Source: Nymphaea colorata (lineage: Eukaryota). From it: 64,000 nt of DNA. Below the pieces are notes generated by a model. That model made no database searches and was not told the origin of the DNA. It saw only the letters and a list, made by a program, of their open reading frames with translations. The stretch is taken from assembly GCF_008831285.2 (NCBI RefSeq), contig NC_045138.2, positions 14,198,001-14,262,000 on the forward strand, read 5' to 3'. Shown piece by piece: positions 1 to 13,811 of the stretch (position 1 is the first letter of the stretch; each line of letters opens with the position of its first letter). Position numbers and translations under genes: made by a program.

Positions 1-1113
1 TTTGCAAAATGATATGGCACATACTGTCCCATTCGTTTCGTTTTCGGTGTTTCGCAGCCTAAGTATAGAATTGTAGATGGCAGTCAGAAGTTTCTTGTGT
101 CCAAGACTTCCAGCAACTAAATTTGATCACTTTTGTGCTTCTTCCATTTCATCCCTGATTTACAGGTACCAACGGATCCCTGCTTCATTCCTACTGACAA
201 ATTCATCGGTGCACTTCACTCAAATGCTTCACATTAGACCTTAAGATTTAAATTTGTTAAGGAGAACACTTTTCTTTTCTTTAAATGAAATGGCATTTGC
301 TCTTTGAAATGAAAATGAAGTTTTATAATGTTATGCGCACAAGTATTTTTAAATGGTACATGCGTAAAGCAACATCACAAGAATATTGCCAAAGTAACAA
401 AACGAATGAACTTGGCTCACCATGCACCCTCTGAGAAGTAACCATGGCGGGGTTGGGACTTGATTCAGGTTGCTCTGCATCTCAGCAGTCAACATCCTTT
501 ACGACTTCTTTTTCAGGTCTACAAACACACGCCGGCGGTAGGGTTAGGACTTGGCATATGCCACACACGAAAGCACAACCATGCACTACTCTTGAAGAGC
601 ATGCAACCAGTTTCTTTCTCTACCTGTAAGAATGTCAATCGATCAGATCAGTTGTCTTGATTTGTTTAATATGCATGCCAGTGTATCATAACCATATACC
701 ACCTTGATATAGTGTGGTTAGTAAACCGATCCTGATCCTGATCCATACAAATTTAAGTTTCAAAAACAAAAAGAAATTTTAAATCGTATGTAAAAGGATT
801 GGCATGACTTTCATATCATTTCCGAACAATTTTTAGGTTTATAAATTGTGAACCATTTTCCTTATCTGTTAATTCGAATAACTTATATGACAAGTTGAAG
901 GTGACTAATCTTTTCAACATGGAAAATAGAATCATTAAAGTTATTCCGTCATTTTTCAATCTAGTGTGTAATGCTTACATCGGCATAATAATATTACTTA
1001 TTCACCAACTGAAAAGGCATCCACACAGAAACTCACAATGGCATGCACATATGCGACCTTACACGTGCTGGAGATCAATCGGCTTCTAGATGACCAGACG
1101 CACATGTTTATCA

Positions 1114-1216
1114 TGGTTTTATTGAAAATTCAGAATTAATAAAGGCAGAACCGCATCAATTTTTTGGTTTTATTGAAAATTCAGAATTAATAAAGGCAGA
1201 ACCGCATCAATTTTTT
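1114..1216. repeat. 51-bp tandem duplication
   Basis: TGGTTTTATTGAAAATTCAGAATTAATAAAGGCAGAACCGCATCAATTTTT starts at 1114; the copy at 1165 begins with the same TGGTTTT and then differs only in its last bases. Confidence 0.93.
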
Positions 1217-1259
1217 CTTTTAAATTTAGAAGAACATATTTAAAAAACAAAAAGAAAGA

Positions 1260-1660
1260 GTATGGTAGCATAGTTGGTCAAACTAAAGGTTTATAAGAAG
1301 TTTGATTCATATGAGTACTACATATATAGTCTCAAGTGATAAGAATACAATAGTTAAGTTGAAGGGTGCACCACTATCATTCCGCGACCATGATGCAGCT
1401 TAAGACCCCTAAAACAAGGGTGGTGGAGGTGTGAAGGGGGAGGCATCTTGGGCCAGTATCTGAGCTATTGTGTGATTGGCGTGGGCTATTGGCCATGGGT
1501 TAGGTCTAGCCGCATGTGGTTTTCATACCAAGCCTGAGTTAGTGCCTTATAATTACTCATTCTCTTAAGCGAGAGATCTTGGGTCAAAATTTTTTGGCTC
1601 CGTCACTGCCGTGAGCCCTCTTTTTTAGGTGGTGGGTTGTTAACTTCTTTCACCCTAAAT
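1260..1660 (+). mobile_element. Diverged copy of the same SINE-like family, interrupted by a ~190-bp insert
   Basis: TAGCATAGTTGG (1266), TTGAAGGGTGCA (1359), GCAGCTTAAGAC (1396). Similarity to ~53130-53180 resumes after GGCTCCGTCACTG (~1608). Confidence 0.45.
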
Positions 1661-4215
1661 TCATGACACACTTATAAGTACACTTACATTATTAGATTGG
1701 GTCTATGACCAGAGTACTATAAAACAAATTTAATGAAAAGAGAGAGAGAGAGAGATAGATCAATATCATGCTTATAGCATTTTCTAAATTTAGACAACAC
1801 ACTCACTCGGTATTGAACTTTAGACCTCCTTCAACTCTAGGCTGTAAGCTAGCCAACCAAGCCAAATGCACAGGATACCAGCTAGGTTGGTATATAAAAT
1901 GAACTTGCAACTTTGGTTTCCTCATATTGATAAAGACAAGATTGGAGAGAAGATCAGGCGCTTGTTCAGAATGAGCAAGACAATGGAATATCTGTGAGAA
2001 GGAGCGGATTTTACTCTCGGAGAAACTCAAGAAGAAAGAGAAAAGAGGGAGTAAAGAACGCAACAAAATTTCCGAGTCAGAAAGAAACGAGAAACATTCA
2101 CATCTGTCCGTCATATTCTCTCCCTGATCTTTTACTTTAAACAATCATTAGAACCGTTTCAATCTTCTCTTCAGAAACCGATAAGAACACCAACTTTTTG
2201 GCACGCTCTCTGTTGACAAGTGTTTGAATACGTTCTGTTCGTGCCAAAATTTGAGCTAAACAAGCAACAGAAACCTATGCGATAAAGGAGCTAATACTGA
2301 AGACAAAAATGCAAAGGAACAAAAGGTAGTGAGAAACGAAACGGCTACTTATAAAGGAAGATGCGAACATTCTTCCTTTCACTTAATAACTAAAAGGGAC
2401 AAAAGCAGGAACTCTCGATTGGACATATTCATAATGGAAAAACAAAAATTAGAGTATGCAAAGCTTCAGAAAGGCTTCTCAGACGAGCTCGGCCGTAGGT
2501 GGCGAGTTCCCGATTCGAGTGGTATGAATATCATCCCTGAGGACACTTGTTATTTGGTTTTATGGCATGGAGTAAGCGGATGCGTGTATTATTTCCTCTA
2601 GTAAGAAATTTAAAAAGTATGGTGTGCAAATTTATAGTTGAAAGAGGATGAAAAATGGCATTGTCTATGTGCATCATGTTGAGTATTTGGTAGCTAATGC
2701 GAAAAATATGTTTGGTTCATGACCTCACTCTAAAATGAGGAACTTCATAGACAAGTTCCCTTTATTTTTAATTTTTGTTAAAAAAGGAAACATATGTTTC
2801 GATGACATCATGTTTGAAAATGTACATAAAATAAATGATCAACTACTAAATGCTGAGTGAAATCATTCTTTTACAACAAGAACACAGAGTTTATTTCAAA
2901 AGCAAATTATTTTTTTGTCAAATGCCATCTTGAATACCAACCGGAAATACGAAGAAAATCTTTCTCGAGTGGCAGAAGAGTAACACTAAGGTGGACGTTA
3001 TCGGTCAAAGGGTAGAAGAGTCCAGTGACTTGGTCAGATGGCCAAAATGGGGTGCAAGTTCGGGCCCAAACTCCTACGTGCCCTGCGCAACCCCCGAAAA
3101 TAACGGCCAAACCATTCGCACTCAACGAGACGACTGAGTCCGAGTGGCTAAGATCTGAAACGCAACGACTACAATTTACCCCCAAGGAAACCAGAAAGTT
3201 ACTTCTTTGCCATTCCTCGTCATAGGCGCCCCTTCCGTGTGTGGCTGAGGATTAAATTTATTTTACAAGCTTTTTGGTGAGATTGTTAATAAAATTTAAA
3301 TTTAAGAATAAAATCTGAATTTGAATTTGATTAACATATAATCTAACGTTTTTTTCACTAAAAAGGAGGGAGAGAGGGAGCGGTGTACATGTAAATTTCA
3401 CCAACTGTTGGTGTAATTGCATTAAACTTCAAAGGCACGCGCACCCTTTACTTTGATCCCTTTTCCTTTCTCCTTTTATTCGTTTTTGTTTGTATACAAT
3501 TTATTTGAGGAGTGTATTCTCTTTTTGTATGTCATTGGTCTTTTTTTGGGGTTTTGTTGCAGGGGAATGATTACCATTTAATTTCTCGTAATGCCTTTCC
3601 CATTTTAACCCCTCTATGTTTTCGTAAATATCAAAATAAATAAATAAGGTTAACTAGTAGCTATTATTTTCATGTACGAACATGAATTCGTGGAGTTAAT
3701 AGCACAACATGATGCTATTTATGCCGTCATGCATGCCATGGTTGCATGATGGGTTGTCCTCAACCTCATGATCATATTGTCATGCCACCGTTTATTTCAC
3801 CCGATATTTTCATTCTAACGTGATATTCCTAATAGGGAGTTAATTCCTATGAGTGTTAAGTTTCTTGGACTAAACATTAATATCGCATGACTCAAGTTAA
3901 AGAGTGAACCGTCTAAGTCCGGACACAACTCAAGACCCAAAAAATAAAGACATGAAAGACCTTTAACCTCTCGTGCATCCGAAGATAGCTTAGACTTTTG
4001 GTGATCTCTAAATTGATCCAAATCCATGCTTCTAAAGTCTAATCTACATGCTTAAGCGCACTCATAATTAGTTTTAAGCTACAGCCTTGTTATGGGGACA
4101 TAAATGTCATTTCAAGATTCTGGAAAGCAGCAGTAAGACAACTCTTAATTGGCCATATATTTGAAGGAAGAGGCAAGAGGAGCCCTGTGTCATTTTGAGA
4201 GAAGGAATGCTTGGG

Positions 4216-4225
4216 CCTATTTAAA
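4216..4225 (+). promoter_or_regulatory. TATA-like box of ZOU
   Basis: CCTATTTAAA ~60 bp upstream of the ATG at 4279. Confidence 0.55.
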
Positions 4226-4278
4226 CATCCTTCTCTTTCACAGTGAAGGTGAGAAGAAGGAAGCCCGGCACCTGCTAC

Positions 4279-5593
4279 ATGTCGGATCCAGACCTCAACT
4301 CGGACCTGCTCCTCTGGGATCTGCAACAGTGGGGGGACTGCACCCTTGATTCTCCATGCGGAGAGATAGCCAAGCCCATGCCTCCCCTCTCCAACTCCAA
4401 CAGCACGGCGACCCCAGAGTTTCATGGCTCCCCGGCACCGGAGAAGCTGTTCCTAAAGCGGACCGGCAGTGAGGTCCGGCCAAAGGAATCAGCAGTGAAG
4501 AGGATCAAATGCTCCAAGCCACCGGTAAGCGGGTCCGAGCATGAGGTCCACATCTTCACAGAGAGGGAGAGGAGGAAGAAGATGAGGAGCATGTTCTCCA
4601 ATCTTCATGCCCTTCTTCCTCACTTGCCACCAAAGGTAACAAACACTTCTTCTTGGTTTACACAAATGAATTTAAGTTTCAGGAGCCAAAAATTGAAACA
4701 GTAGCAGTTGTTGTTTAGCTTTTGACGACCTTTTCATTTAATAAGAAAAAGATCTGTAAAGCTTTTTGTCACCTTCGTGCCGGGATATTTTTCCACAAGG
4801 CCTCCCATACAGTATCGTCACCACAATAGAGTTTCACCACAAGTTCGGGATGGATTGTTGTTGTTTCTCTAGGCCTGGGGCGCTGGAAATATAACTTCTA
4901 AGGCATGAAAAACAAACTGAACCATCCATCATTGATCAAGATCAATGATCCTTCAAGATGGGGATGTTGGTAGTGAAAGTCACTATTATATCTTGCCTAT
5001 AATGGTTCCTTTTATTTGGTAGGAGTCATTTGTCTATGCCATCAAATTGCTAGGACGTCACAGATTTGGGAACATTCGTAGGGCAGAAGCCAAAGTTTGG
5101 TCTACTTCTACACAGCAAAGGAAACTTAGGGTTTATACTAATAAGTCCACAAACATTGATATATATGAGAAGGGTTGCAAAAGTTGGGAATATATATATG
5201 TGTGCACTGGAAAACCGCAAATGATAAGGGTTGCAAAACTCTGGCTCGCTATTTCAAGGCCTAAACATGCTTTGGCTTGAGACGTTTTGCTGGTTATCCC
5301 ATCATTTATGAGCATAATATGGTTACAGTATGTCCAGTGATTGGTATCAATATTATAATTATTGCTATGCCTTAGGTTTCATGTTTCAAAAATTGAGAAC
5401 CCATTTTTGTTCCTTGTAGCATTAGCCGCATCTTCTCCAAGAGAACCCATCTTTTATCAAGTAAGCCGTTATATTTTCCTCTTCTGTGTTGTTGATGCTT
5501 CACAACTTGGTGTTGAGCAAATTCTCTTTGATGTCAATGTCATGTATAGCTCTCTCTCTCTCTCTCTGGTGGGCTCAACGCACAACCAGGCAG

Positions 5594-5624
<31 letters not shown>

Positions 5625-5724
5625 TTTGCAGTACTGAGGATATCTGTTTCCATTTTTGCGTTATCATCCTCAACAAGACTTGTCTTTTCTATCTAAACGC
5701 CCATCCTCCTGACCTGTCTGCCGT

Positions 5725-5757
<33 letters not shown>

Positions 5758-8078
5758 ATATATATATATATGTATATATACCCGTTTTCTCGTCGTGTTC
5801 ACAAGGAGAGCAAAGATATTACGTGTTTCCTTTTTAGTTCTTCGGTATTCTTCGATTTTATCTAGTTCGGGAGATATCGACTGCTCTATCCCAAAATGGA
5901 ACGATTTAACCTTGTATATATGATATGGTGACTCAACTTTTTATGCATCATCCACAATTCCACATATATAAAGCAATGGAAACCCACTGGCATTGTTGTT
6001 TCCATTGCCGATGAGATGATGAGAATGATGATATCTGTTCTGGTCTACGGCCATGCTTTTGATTAACTTCAAAGGTTCCAGGTTGATAAGTCCACAATTG
6101 TAGACGAGGCCGTGGCGTACATAAAGCAGTTGCAGAAAACTTTACAAGAACTGGAGAAGAAAAAGCAAGAGATGGGGAGAGAGGTGTTCCTTGCCGATCA
6201 GGTGCTAAATCATTAATTTCATTGCTTCTTGTTTCTTTCTCTCAAATACACTGCGTTGTAATTGGAAGGAAGGTAAAACTACGATCCAACAGTGCAGCCT
6301 CTCTCCATCACCTACCTCTCGAGTGATGATTTGGCTATCATCACATAACAAGGAAAGGTTGACAGAGGTTCGACAATTTGTTCTCTTCCATGGCAAGACC
6401 TTAGGAGTTAGGATCACTAAAAGTCTCCTTCTTTGCTTTACTACGAAACTTTAGACATGGAAAACGCCATTCTCAGATCAATCTTTGGGGTTGGAGACTT
6501 CCCAATCAAGCAAATTCCATAAAGTTATGAGTTCAATGGTGAGAGATATGGATACAGTGTCATTTCCTGCTTTTCAATGGAGGATGAACCATCTCCATAG
6601 TGATACTCTATACCTGCTGTGAGTTTTCAAGCACCGGTTAATCTTAAACAGAAACTAAATTTCGTATTCATATAAGGACATAAATAGTTGATTTCTTTTT
6701 TTACTTTTTTTTTTGCTTGCACCAAATTCGAGCAAGTCCGGCTTCCGATGGATTCATTAATTGTAAAATAGGTATGGGTATGGGTATGAGTATGAGTATG
6801 GATAAAGTAAGGTGGGTAACAAAAAAATAAATAAATAAATAAATAAATAAATATATATATATATATATATTATAATCCATAAAAATTTTCAAAATTAAAG
6901 AAAAATAAGAAATCTATGTGGAGGGGAAATAAAAAGGGGAAAAATTGAAATTAAATTTTAAAATATAAATTTTAAGTTTCAAAATACAGACCCACATATC
7001 GACACAGGAACTTGTAGGGGTGGGCAAGCGGCTGGGCCGGCCCAATTCATGTTTGGGCTCGGGGACCCATTTTGGTTGCCTGGCCCGGGCCTTGTTTACT
7101 TAAAAAAGAAAAATTAAATATGTATATGTTAATATATAAAGAAAAATTAAATATATATACAGAAAATTTTTAAAAGTTATCAAGCCCAACTCCGTTAAAC
7201 CCGAACTCGAGCCTGACCCAATTTGTTCACAGGCCCTGGCTGGCCTGTGGCCAATGGCCCCGGCCTGGCCCTAAAGCCCGACGGCCACTATCCCAACACC
7301 CACCCTTAGGTACTTGGGCAGATCACAAGAACTCATGCGACTTAGTCATAAACTAGGCTCATTAGTTAAGCTGATGTTGTATGTGCGGCTTTCTAATTAA
7401 CTTTTTTCTTTTACCACACCAGGGTTCGTGTTCGACGTATCAAAATGGCAGAGGAGCAGTGAACTTCTCTCAATTTCCTTGCTCTTTCCAAACATGGACG
7501 TCGCCAAACGTGGTGTTGAACATATGTGGAGAAGATGCTCAAATTGGAATCTGCTCGACCTGGAAACCAGGCCTATTACCATCCATCTTGTACATCTTTG
7601 AGAAGCACAAACTAGAGGTTGTGTCCGCTCACGTCTCCTCAGAGAACTGCAAATGCATGTACATGTTCCACACACACGTGAGTAAATCTCTTCTTTTTAC
7701 GTGCCATGCCAACATAGGAATCAAGTGCATGGCTAGGGCATTGGGCTTAAAATCAGTAGGTTGAAGAATATATATATGTGTGTGTGTGTGCACGCGCATG
7801 CACACTTGCATGTATGGAAAATGAATCTTGTTTCCTTCTACACCTACTCCTTTTAAGATAGCGCCCATAGGAATTGAACAAGAGACGTGCCAGAGATACA
7901 TGACACTTAGCTTCACTACATGCCTATTACTTGTAGTACACCACCACTTGCTGGTGCTGATTAAAAATGGTATTCTGTGCAGGCAACGGATGCTTCAAAC
8001 CAAATTCAAGATGCAACTACAGTAGAGGAGAAATTCAAAGTAGCAGTGGGGGAGATGATCCTGTGTTTGTCATCGTGA
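4279..8078 (+). CDS. ZOU: bHLH transcription factor, ZHOUPI/RGE1/bHLH95-like; 4 exons, ~275 aa
   Basis: Exons 4279-4635, 6082-6201, 7423-7677, 7983-8078, all GT-AG and phase 0. b[56 protein letters not shown], then [30 protein letters not shown] (ACT-like) and C-terminal [18 protein letters not shown]. These match the bHLH95/ZOU clade as I recall it. Confidence 0.9.
5550..5780. repeat. Cluster of (CT)n and (TA)n microsatellites in ZOU intron 1
   Basis: CT runs at ~5550-5567 and ~5598-5623; interrupted TA run at ~5725-5780. Confidence 0.9.
7015..7308. mobile_element. hAT-type MITE in ZOU intron 2
   Basis: Inverted termini TAGGGGTGGG...CCCACCCTTA, flanked by near-identical 8-mers GGAACTTG (7007-7014) and GGTACTTG (7309-7316). 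GGCCC-rich subterminal repeats around an AT-rich core. Confidence 0.8.
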
Positions 8079-9301
8079 AAGCTATTTTTGCGGTTATTTT
8101 GGAAAAGAAAAAGATGTTCATATGGCACTGCTTTTATGAATGTATAGAAATGCGTATACATCTGGCAAAGCACGAACAGCATTTTCCTTAGCAAAATAGA
8201 GATCAACTACCGATTGGCATGGGTCCTTAATTACGATTAGAAGTCCCACTAACAGATTATTCTTTCAAGAAAGAAGACAAAGGCTGAGGTTGAAGATTAG
8301 AAGTCCCACTGATTATGCATTCCATGTTATTAATACTTAAAATCGTTAACTAAGTTTTATTTTTATGGTTGGCTTTTGACAACAATGTGTTCTTGAGATA
8401 CATATTTTGAATCTTGAAAGAATATTTATAATCACATCATTTTTTTAACACAAAAAATATAGTTTTTTTTCAGTCTTGCATTTTAAGAGCATGATGCAAT
8501 ACAATACTCCTCATCAAATATCCTCTTAAGTGTTATGGCCTTCGAAGGATTACTTGTCCTCAAAAATATAATATATGTACGTTGTGTGTTCTATTTATAT
8601 TATATATAAATTACTATATGTATGCATCAATTAACGTATGTAAAAAATGTAGTATTGTATGTGAGTCAGCCCAAGAGATATAGCCATTGTGCATGCTTGA
8701 TTTGTTCATATAGGCAAAAAGAAAAAAAAGGGTTTGTACCGGCGGATCGATTCATTCCTCCAGAGGTCAGGTAACTGCCAACCAATTCTGTCAAAATCAG
8801 CTTTTGAGGTTTGAATTGATTTATAATTGGTTGAATTGAACTTAAATCATCCGTGGATCCGATTCGATTAAAATTTATCTTTTCAAACTGGAAAATAAAG
8901 GGAAAAAAAAAGCACTGATGAATGAAAAATAAAAAAGATATGCCACTTGCCCCTTCAATTAAATGTCGAATCGAATATAAACATTCTGATTCAACTTGAA
9001 TTGGCTAATTCAGGTTTATCCACAACGATTTTGACAACCCTGATGCCAATGGATCATGTCATTTGTCAATCAGCAGCCCTGCGCCATTAGCCTTTTCAAA
9101 TTACAACAAAGAAAAAGGAAAGACGACTCCTTCCATCCCAAGGTCAGACCGCTTTTCTTTCAACACGCTTACAAATTAGTTTGGGGATTCTGTTTCTATC
9201 TCCGAGTAAAGCAATGAATACTACACACCACACCCTCTCTAGCATAAATCACCAGGTCGAGCCAGTAACCCAGTCATAATCCAATGCATGCTTCTTTTAT
9301 C

Positions 9302-12300
9302 TTAAGGAACCGCCACAGATTGATTCTTATGCCACTCGACCACATTCTTGTATGGTAAATTACCGCCAAATATATCAAGTGCACTACCAACTGTGACATC
9401 TACACGCCCCGAGCCTGCCGCCTTTATCCTCTCCAAATCAGACATCGTTGTGACTCCACCGGCATATGTCACTGGAATCTGTAGTAAATACAAGCCAATG
9501 ATTAATAATCTGTGTAACTATCCAAGCTAAAAATGACTCTAATTTTGGCATCAGATGGAGATTGAATGAGTCTATAAGGTGGTAAGTGTTGATTTCACTG
9601 ATGCCGATGGCTTTGCAAATGAGCTGAGCCCAGGCTGTTTGAGCATGCCTGAGAAGAATCGAGTGCCCAAGCTCGTCTTTAGCTTGATAAGAGCTGGAAT
9701 AACCTTGTCTAAGCTTGCCTCCGTAAAGTTCTATGGAAATTTGGACAAACTTGGCTTGGCTAGTGCCTAATCTTTTATTAGAAAGCAAAACTCGTCGGTT
9801 TTTGCATGCAGAATGCTTCGGTTATGTCTGACAATTTGATTCTTACTATGGTTTCCATGTCAAGTCAACCAACTATTAAAGGAGAGCAGAAATAAACAAG
9901 AGCCTATTAACTTGTCTATGACAATTATTTAGTTGGTTAGCTGTACATATGAGACAAAAAGATTATGAATAGAAAGAACCATTGTCATAATGCATACTTA
10001 AGTTTATCTGAGCAGGCAAAATGCAAGTACCATAGTGATTAATATGACTGCTGATGACAGTAAGAACAATATGATCATCATCGTCATTATTTTCAAGAAG
10101 CAAAGAAGAAAATCTACTCACAGGACAAAATTGGCCTAGCAAAGCCACTAGCTCCTCATCAATTCCAAGCCTACAGAGAACAGATAAATCAAAATTTTAT
10201 ATATCTTAGGAAAGTGACGAGGAATAAAAAAAATTATTTGGTGGTAGTTCTGCGAACAAGAATGAAAATATTTCTGTGTTTCAATTAATAAACAGAAATA
10301 GCTATTTGATCGAATTATGAAAAGATAATGTTTGCCTCCACGAAGGTTAAATAAGCAGCAATGGCCCTAAAAGCCAGTTTTGGCAAAAAACTTGATGAGC
10401 TTCAATGTTAATGCGACTAAAATTATTTTTGGAAACAACTAGGAATTTCATAGAATAACATACCTTTTTCCCTCAACATCCACCCCATGAACAAGGAATT
10501 CATCAGCATATGTGGCAAGAAAGCCAATTGTGTTTTCATCAAGAACTACATCACTAAACTTCTGCCATCTATCAGTTACAATGACATAATTCCCATCCTG
10601 TAAAACAGCAGCAAAAAAAAGGACTAAAATATTGGCTAATTATAAGGAATAGTCAAATGGTCTACTCAAAGAAGTTCCTACTTTATTTGAAATAAATGAT
10701 GAAGCCAAACTCTTACGTTCCGCTGGTTGTAAACCATCCTATACTTAATTAATGGCTTCTAGTGAGGTAGTCTTTGCTAAAAATTCAATCAAGCAACCTT
10801 AAGCTTTTAAGGGGTTGTAAATAAGTTGAGGCTGTTCATAAGTAGCATTGGAAAAATACCTAGGGAACAAAAAAGTGTTCAAGTAAGAAGGTTGACATTA
10901 CCTTCTTTCGACAACTAAGATCCAAGACCAACCTTTCTTTCCCAATTTGCTTAACCAGATCTTTCAGCCGTTCAACATTCATTTTTCCATCACTGAAAAC
11001 ATACTAAGATATAAACAATTCAGAATCAGAACTTGGCAGGAAAAGCTAAATGCTCGAACATATCCTTTATTTTTAGCAGGAAACATACATTTGTAAATTT
11101 TGCTGTGATTCATCCAACCGAATCCCCACTACTATCCATCCTTGGCATAGCCATGAACTTGTGATGGTTAAATCCATTACATCAAACAAAAAGGGAAATT
11201 TCAGCTATCTAGATGGGAAAAATACAGTAATAAGGGAAACATAATTTACTTAAGTTTAATTGCAGACATACGAAATCATAAATTCTGTTTTTGCCAAACC
11301 TTAGGATGGTGAAGCCAGTGAATAGACACAACAGAGGCTAACCATTGCCACAAATATCGTTCTTGGGAAAATCTTGGAGAGGTTTTCTTGGGTATTTTGG
11401 GCAAAGTTGTGCTTCTCAGATAAATTTTGGGAAAATCTTGATAGTTTTTTTAAAAATTTAAAAATCATAAAAATCCTTTAAAAATAGACAAAATGGAAAT
11501 CTTGGTAATAATTGCGATAAAATCAAGATTTTAAGAATCTTGTAATTTTTGCCCCATTTTTTCATTCTATTTAACTTTTTTTTTGTAAATATGCGAGATT
11601 TCAAAAATCTATTGATATGTGTGACACTGGGCTAAAGTTAAACCTTCAAAGAAGTGGTTAACCATCAAAAAAATGGTTAAATGACTCCAACTAACGCCAG
11701 CAATGAAGAACATTTTATTGTCTTTCAGATATTTGATAAATCGGGGTCAAATAGGATCCCTATATTCCTATCTAATGAAAATTACTTTTTGCCATAATGA
11801 TCTAGCTCCAACATATTAATCAAAAAATATTTGTCCATGTGCACAATATGTCAACTCAAGGTCCATCTTTTCAGCTCGTGTGTTTGAAATAAAAAACACA
11901 AACAAAATGTTCATGATAAGCAAGCAAATTCAGTTAACCACAAAGGAGTGTGTACGAAAATGCAGAAACAAATCATGATTTAAATAGACCTATATTCACA
12001 TAAAATGCCAGAAAAAAACATAAGTACGTTGGCACATACTGAAGTGACTATCACATGGCTGGCACCTTCATCGATATAACTCTGAGCATTGCTAGAGTTG
12101 ATACCACCCCCAATCTGTAAACCACCTAAACAATGCTGATGAGTTAGCCTAACAATCGATACAAAAAAATAAAAATACAAGATCTGGAACCTCCAGCAAC
12201 TCAATATACAAACTGACGTTTTCTCCAATAATTTTCTTGGAGTTGGTAAATTATGTTGGAAAACTTATTAAACGGAAAACACGAAAACATAAATGAGATA

Positions 12301-13360
12301 TAAAAAGAAATCGAATGGAACAAGGGCAGACACTAAGGGGAAAACATGTCAACGGTTAATAAAATGTACCATTTCATCAAATTCATTTTACACTTGGTTA
12401 AAACAGAAAAATACCAACGTACCAGGATACGCACGTAAAGCTTCAAGTGCTGCAGACATGCTAGAGGCATCAGCACCAAGCATTATCACATGGCCACCAA
12501 CAAGACCATCCTGCCTGTACAAATCTGCAAATTCTGAAGGCGATTTGTCTGATTCAAAATTAGTTATAAGGGAAGAAGTAGTCTCTTTATTCAAATCTTG
12601 TAGAGTTGAACCAACTATCTGTTTTACTTTTCCCTGAAATATTCCAAGTGTACTCAGTAAGTATAGGAAAAAGCCTATTCCATAAAACTGAAGGGATATA
12701 AAATTAACAATGACTTTCTGGATTAGTTATTGTTGCTATCTACTCTATTCATGCCACAAGAATATGGATACATTATCAAGTTTACGATACAGGCCATAAG
12801 AAAAGAGAAAACAAAATAAAAGGGGTCTGGAGCATCTGACCTTGTGAATGTCTATGCAGGGCCTAAACCGAACAGCACACCGAATCGAAGGGCATGCTCC
12901 TAGACAAACACATTTTAGGAAAAAACATGCTTATCAACAATAGATCATTAGTTTAGCAACAAATATCGTGATCTTATCACCAAATACTGAAAGGAAAGGA
13001 TAAACCCTAAAGAAAACTTCGCAACATATTTTAAATATCATGATTTTGAGATGATCTAGCCTACCAATATCTAACCATTTTTTACTTAAAAGCCTTCTTC
13101 CCCACATGTCATTGAAACATTTTAGCTTGCCAAGAAAAACACAGATATTCCCGATTTCTCTAATTTTTTTGCAATGACAAAAGGAAATAGCTTTTAATTG
13201 TGGCCACAATGTTTTCCTCGAATTGTAACAAATTAAAGCCCACGAAATCTCAAGAAAACAAGACATTTTAATTACCGGCGGCGGCCCTCCTCACTTGTCT
13301 CCTGTTGGTCGGGGCGGCGGCGACCTGGAATCGGGTGGCGGGAGCCCATCTTACCGCCAT
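9302..13360 (-). CDS. HISN3: Plastid ProFAR isomerase (HisA/His6-type, histidine biosynthesis); 8 exons, ~300 aa
   Basis: Exons 13360-13276, 12899-12841, 12633-12423, 12125-12040, 11003-10902, 10597-10464, 10170-10122, 9478-9302 join in frame. Ala/Arg-rich transit peptide, then [72 protein letters not shown]. Confidence 0.96.
11343..11629. mobile_element. MITE in HISN3 intron 4
   Basis: Imperfect TIRs CATTGCCACAAATATC / GATATGTGTGACACTG, GGCTAA(C/A) on both flanks, internal AAATCTTG/CAAGATTT repeats. Confidence 0.65.
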
Positions 13361-13811
13361 GGCGAGTGGGAGAGACGAGCAGCGGGCTCAGTGTCAAACG
13401 GCAGGGGCTTTGCCAAAAGCCCTAGCTGTTTCTCTCTTCTCGGTTCCAGATTCAGAGTGGATCCAGAACAGTCCAATAAAGGTTATGTGGATCGCTCGGA
13501 TGTAGGTCTTGATTAGTATTGATTTTGGACTAGATTTTTCTTTTTGAAATTTTAGATTTGGATCTTTTCTGTTTTTTTAAATGTAGAATTTTTTTTATGT
13601 ATAGAATAAAAAGAATAATGCACTACAGACCAATACAAAAGAGCCATATATGTGAGCAAATCAATGGAATTGGATGGTTCGAATCGTATCGGATTAATTT
13701 GATGCCAGATTCAAAAGTGCCATGTGTTAATTTTTTCATATTTTATGAACGTTTTAAATTAGTTTTTTAATAATATTTAGTAGAAAATGTCCATAGTTGT
13801 CTGAGTAGGCC

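Noticed and set aside
1800..2220. LTR-like segment ending in a PBS-like TGGCACGC
   Set aside because: No TG...CA termini, second LTR, TSD or gag/pol remnant could be identified.
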